Source of the DNA: Calditrichaceae bacterium
Lineage (GTDB): Bacteria; Calditrichota; Calditrichia; Calditrichales; JBFXGD01
Length of the DNA: 10,868 bases
Direction of reading: 5' to 3'
NCBI GenBank assembly: GCA_050173015.1
Contig: JBFXLE010000047.1
Location: 1 to 10,868, forward strand
Shown: positions 9,004-10,868 of the stretch, piece by piece
Layout: every line of letters starts with the position of its first letter
Position numbering within the stretch: position 1 is the first letter of the stretch
Program-made: the position numbers and the translations under genes
Notes under the pieces: generated by a model
Told to the model about the DNA's origin: nothing
The model's database searches: none
The model's input: only the letters and a program-made list of their open reading frames with translations

Positions 9004-9019
9004 TTGAACAATTGTTCAA
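9004..9019. promoter_or_regulatory. Putative ArsR/SmtB operator
   Basis: Perfect 16-bp palindrome TTGAACAATTGTTCAA with the TGAA-N6-TTCA core of SmtB/CzrA operators; touches a minus-strand TATACT -10 candidate (9024-9019). Confidence 0.8.
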
Positions 9020-9095
9020 GTATAAACCGCTATATGATATTCAAAATTCCGGAAAAACAAAAGTAAAAAATAATTTTGAGCGTCATTAGAAATAG

Positions 9096-9124
9096 TTGAA
9101 ATTATATGAGATATATTATATATT
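9096..9124 (+). promoter_or_regulatory. Candidate sigma70 promoter of the tRNA unit
   Basis: TTGAAA (9096-9101), 17 nt, TATATT (9119-9124). Confidence 0.6.
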
Positions 9125-9167
9125 AACAGCTCTTGTTTAGAATTGAACAAAACAATTCGAGAGATCG

Positions 9168-9178
9168 AGTTCTTTGAA
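9168..9178 (+). promoter_or_regulatory. boxA-like antitermination motif
   Basis: AGTTCTTTGAA just upstream of the first tRNA, fitting the rrn boxA consensus GYTCTTT(A/G)A. Confidence 0.5.
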
Positions 9179-9192
9179 TGTTTTTAGAATCC

Positions 9193-9274
9193 GGAGGATT
9201 AGGCTAATTGGTAAGTCAGCGGTCTTGAAAACCGCCGCCCTTAGGGCTTGGGGGTTCGAGTCCCTCATCCTCCG
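9193..9274 (+). tRNA. tRNA-Ser(UGA), 82 nt, CCA not encoded
   Basis: Acceptor GGAGGAT/ATCCTCC, G73; anticodon arm GCGGT-CT TGA AA-ACCGC; V-arm GCCC-TTA-GGGC; T-arm GGGGG-TTCGAGT-CCCTC. Confidence 0.95.
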
Positions 9275-9347
9275 CATTTGGATGCTCTTAGCGAAAAATG
9301 AGCATAATCCCAATAGTAAAACATAGCGGGATCACAAATTTAGAAAT

Positions 9348-9436
9348 GGAGAGATGGCCGAGCTGGCTGAAGGCGCACGCCTGCTAAGTGTGTATGGGCC
9401 ACAAGCCCATCCAGGGTTCGAATCCCTGTCTCTCCG
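9348..9436 (+). tRNA. tRNA-Ser(GCU), 89 nt, CCA not encoded
   Basis: Acceptor GGAGAGA/TCTCTCC, G73; CACGC-CT GCT AA-GTGTG; V-arm ATGGGC-CACAA-GCCCAT; T-arm CAGGG-TTCGAAT-CCCTG. Confidence 0.97.
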
Positions 9437-9439
9437 CGG

Positions 9440-9471
9440 AAACCCGGTGTCATCAGATACCGGGTTTTTTT
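9440..9471 (+). terminator. Rho-independent terminator of the tRNA unit
   Basis: AAACCCGGTGTC-ATCA-GATACCGGG followed by T7. Confidence 0.9.
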
Positions 9472-9550
9472 ATTGTATTGAAAACCGGCTCAATAATGAT
9501 AGGTCAGGCGGGGTTTAAAATTCCCCACTTTTGGCAGATAGTCATGTACT

Positions 9551-9887
9551 TTTTATCCCCGATCTAAAGATCGGGGCTATGCTTCCCCATTAAACGCTTC
9601 CCGGTTATGGCTTAATTTATTGCCACGAGGTTTAGCTCGTGGATCGCTTTGTGCCCCCATTATTATTGGCTTTAGCCAAATTTGGATTGAAGCCCGTCAT
9701 TTTTTGGGGTTCCTTTAATCCCCGATCTAAAGATCGGGGCTATAATTTTCCATTAAATGCTTCCCGGTTATGGCTTAATTTATTGCCACGAGCTTTAGCT
9801 GGTGGACCGTTTTGTGCCCCCAGTATTATTGGCTTTAGCCAAATTTGGGCTGGAATCCGTCATCTTTTGGCGTCTCTTTATCCCCGA
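9551..9887. repeat. Tandem 162-163 bp unit (two copies plus the start of a third) built of REP-like hairpins
   Basis: CCCCGATCTAAAGATCGGGG at 9557 and 9720, CCCCGA at 9882; CCACGAG..TTTAGCT.GTGG at 9623 and 9786; GGCTTTAGCC at 9668 and 9831; the sequence in between is also nearly identical. Confidence 0.93.
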
Positions 9888-9910
9888 CGCGTTGATTTAA
9901 TCTATTCCCC

Positions 9911-10033
9911 AATCCCGAAGGGATTACACGTTAATAGAAAAAAAAACACACCACCCTATCCCGCGACCCCGTCGGGGTCGCACCATTACCGCTAAATTCC
10001 TATTTCTACAGAGGTGCGACGCCTCCGGCGTCG
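9911..10033. repeat. Second REP-like hairpin cluster
   Basis: AATCCC-GAA-GGGATT (9911-9925), GCGACCCC-GTC-GGGGTCGC (9963-9981), CGACGCC-TCC-GGCGTCG (10017-10033); TAGAAA (9935) and its complement TTTCTA (10003). Confidence 0.8.
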
Positions 10034-10109
10034 GGCTTGACCTATGATTTCAAAGATCATTACATCATATTTTACATTTTTAACCTGAATATTTCTCTTT
10101 TGCGTCAAT

Positions 10110-10271
10110 TTTGACCCTTCCCTCCGGTATTTTTGGACTCCCCTCCGAAGTATTACCCGTCCCTCCGGGGTTGTACCCCTTCCCTCCAGAGTTGTGCTCC
10201 TTCCCTCCAGAGTGTGACCCTTCCCTCGGGGGTGTGACCCTTCCCTCCGCGGTTTTTAGGCTCCCCTCCGG
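10110..10271. repeat. Degenerate 20-21 bp tandem array, 8 units
   Basis: Core CCCTC(C/G) at 10120, 10141, 10161, 10182, 10203, 10223, 10243, 10264; consensus near GTGACCCTTCCCTCCG. Confidence 0.9.
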
Positions 10272-10518
10272 AATAAATCTGATCATTTAGATTTGTGAGT
10301 TCGTATAAAACTGATTGGGAAAATGATACCATTAATTCTTAGAATTTCTTTTTTTACGGGAGGCGTTATATATTCTTTGGGGAAACCCCGAAGATGTCAA
10401 TCGATTTAAAATTTTATCTTACAAATAACAAAAATATTGAACTCCATTTAAATGGTTTGGGTTCATTCCCAACCACATTTCTTTTCTTCGTTCAGGGCAA
10501 ATCTAATATTTATTAATT

Positions 10519-10860
10519 TTATATTAGATTCTTTATTCTATTATATCCCATCATTATAAACAAAAACGTTAATCCCAAGATAATGATACCTAGTATGTGG
10601 ATAGATATAGAACCGTGTTTATAAACATTTGAGCTCAAGTAAGAAATATCAATTAAATAGAAAAATATTGAATTAAGTAAACCAACAAACCAAAATGCTA
10701 ACATCGCTCCCGGTGAAATTCCAAAATCATATATAGCAGCATATTTATTTTTAAATAAAGAAAACGATGCAGAATATCCCGTTACCAATACTGTCATTAT
10801 AATAATGCTGAAAAATACAAGAAAAAACCTAAACAACGTTTCAATTAAAGTAATAGACAC
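10519..10860 (-). CDS. Hypothetical AT-rich membrane protein, possibly truncated at the window edge
   Basis: 113 aa with about three hydrophobic segments; the frame stays open from 10860 to the window end. Confidence 0.6.
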   Translation of the reverse strand: MSITLIETLFRFFLVFFSIIIMTVLVTGYSASFSLFKNKYAAIYDFGISPGAMLAFWFVGLLNSIFFYLIDISYLSSNVYKHGSISIHILGIIILGLTFLFIMMGYNRIKNLI

Positions 10861-10868
10861 AAAGTTAA

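Noticed and set aside
9193..9274. tRNA-Sec, opal suppressor or 8/4-type tRNA
   Set aside because: The anticodon is UGA (reads UCA, Ser), not UCA, and the acceptor/T stems are the canonical 7/5.
9639..9995. 118-aa plus-strand ORF
   Set aside because: It runs through palindromic repeats, follows a terminator and has no clear RBS or motifs.
9551..10271. CRISPR array
   Set aside because: The sequence between the hairpins is itself duplicated, the 20-21 bp array leaves no room for spacers, and no cas genes are present.
10080..10286. 68-aa minus-strand ORF
   Set aside because: The repeat core is read in changing frames, so conservation is at DNA level; translation is not fully excluded.
10451..10489. 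Imperfect hairpin with T-rich tail as a terminator
   Set aside because: Bulged stem, and the T-tract is on the plus strand where no upstream gene is supported.

Overview
Bacterial chromosomal window with all protein genes on the minus strand. In transcription order: an ArsR/SmtB metal repressor coupled to a P1B-2 (ZntA/CadA-type) ATPase, with a perfect palindromic operator; a DUF3592-like membrane protein; a DnaQ exonuclease-DinG helicase fusion; hutH; and an atypical RpiB/LacAB isomerase. Divergent on the plus strand is a two-gene tRNA-Ser unit (UGA, GCU) with promoter, boxA-like motif and terminator. It is followed by about 750 bp of non-coding repeats (a 163-bp tandem unit built of hairpins, a second hairpin family, a 20-21 bp array) and an AT-rich membrane ORF. 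The left edge has a heptamer array and a possible IS end. The most notable items are the RpiB (Cys-to-Asp active site plus a microcompartment-like N-terminal module), the 82-nt tRNA-Ser(UGA) and the repeat cluster. I cannot establish a new system from sequence alone.
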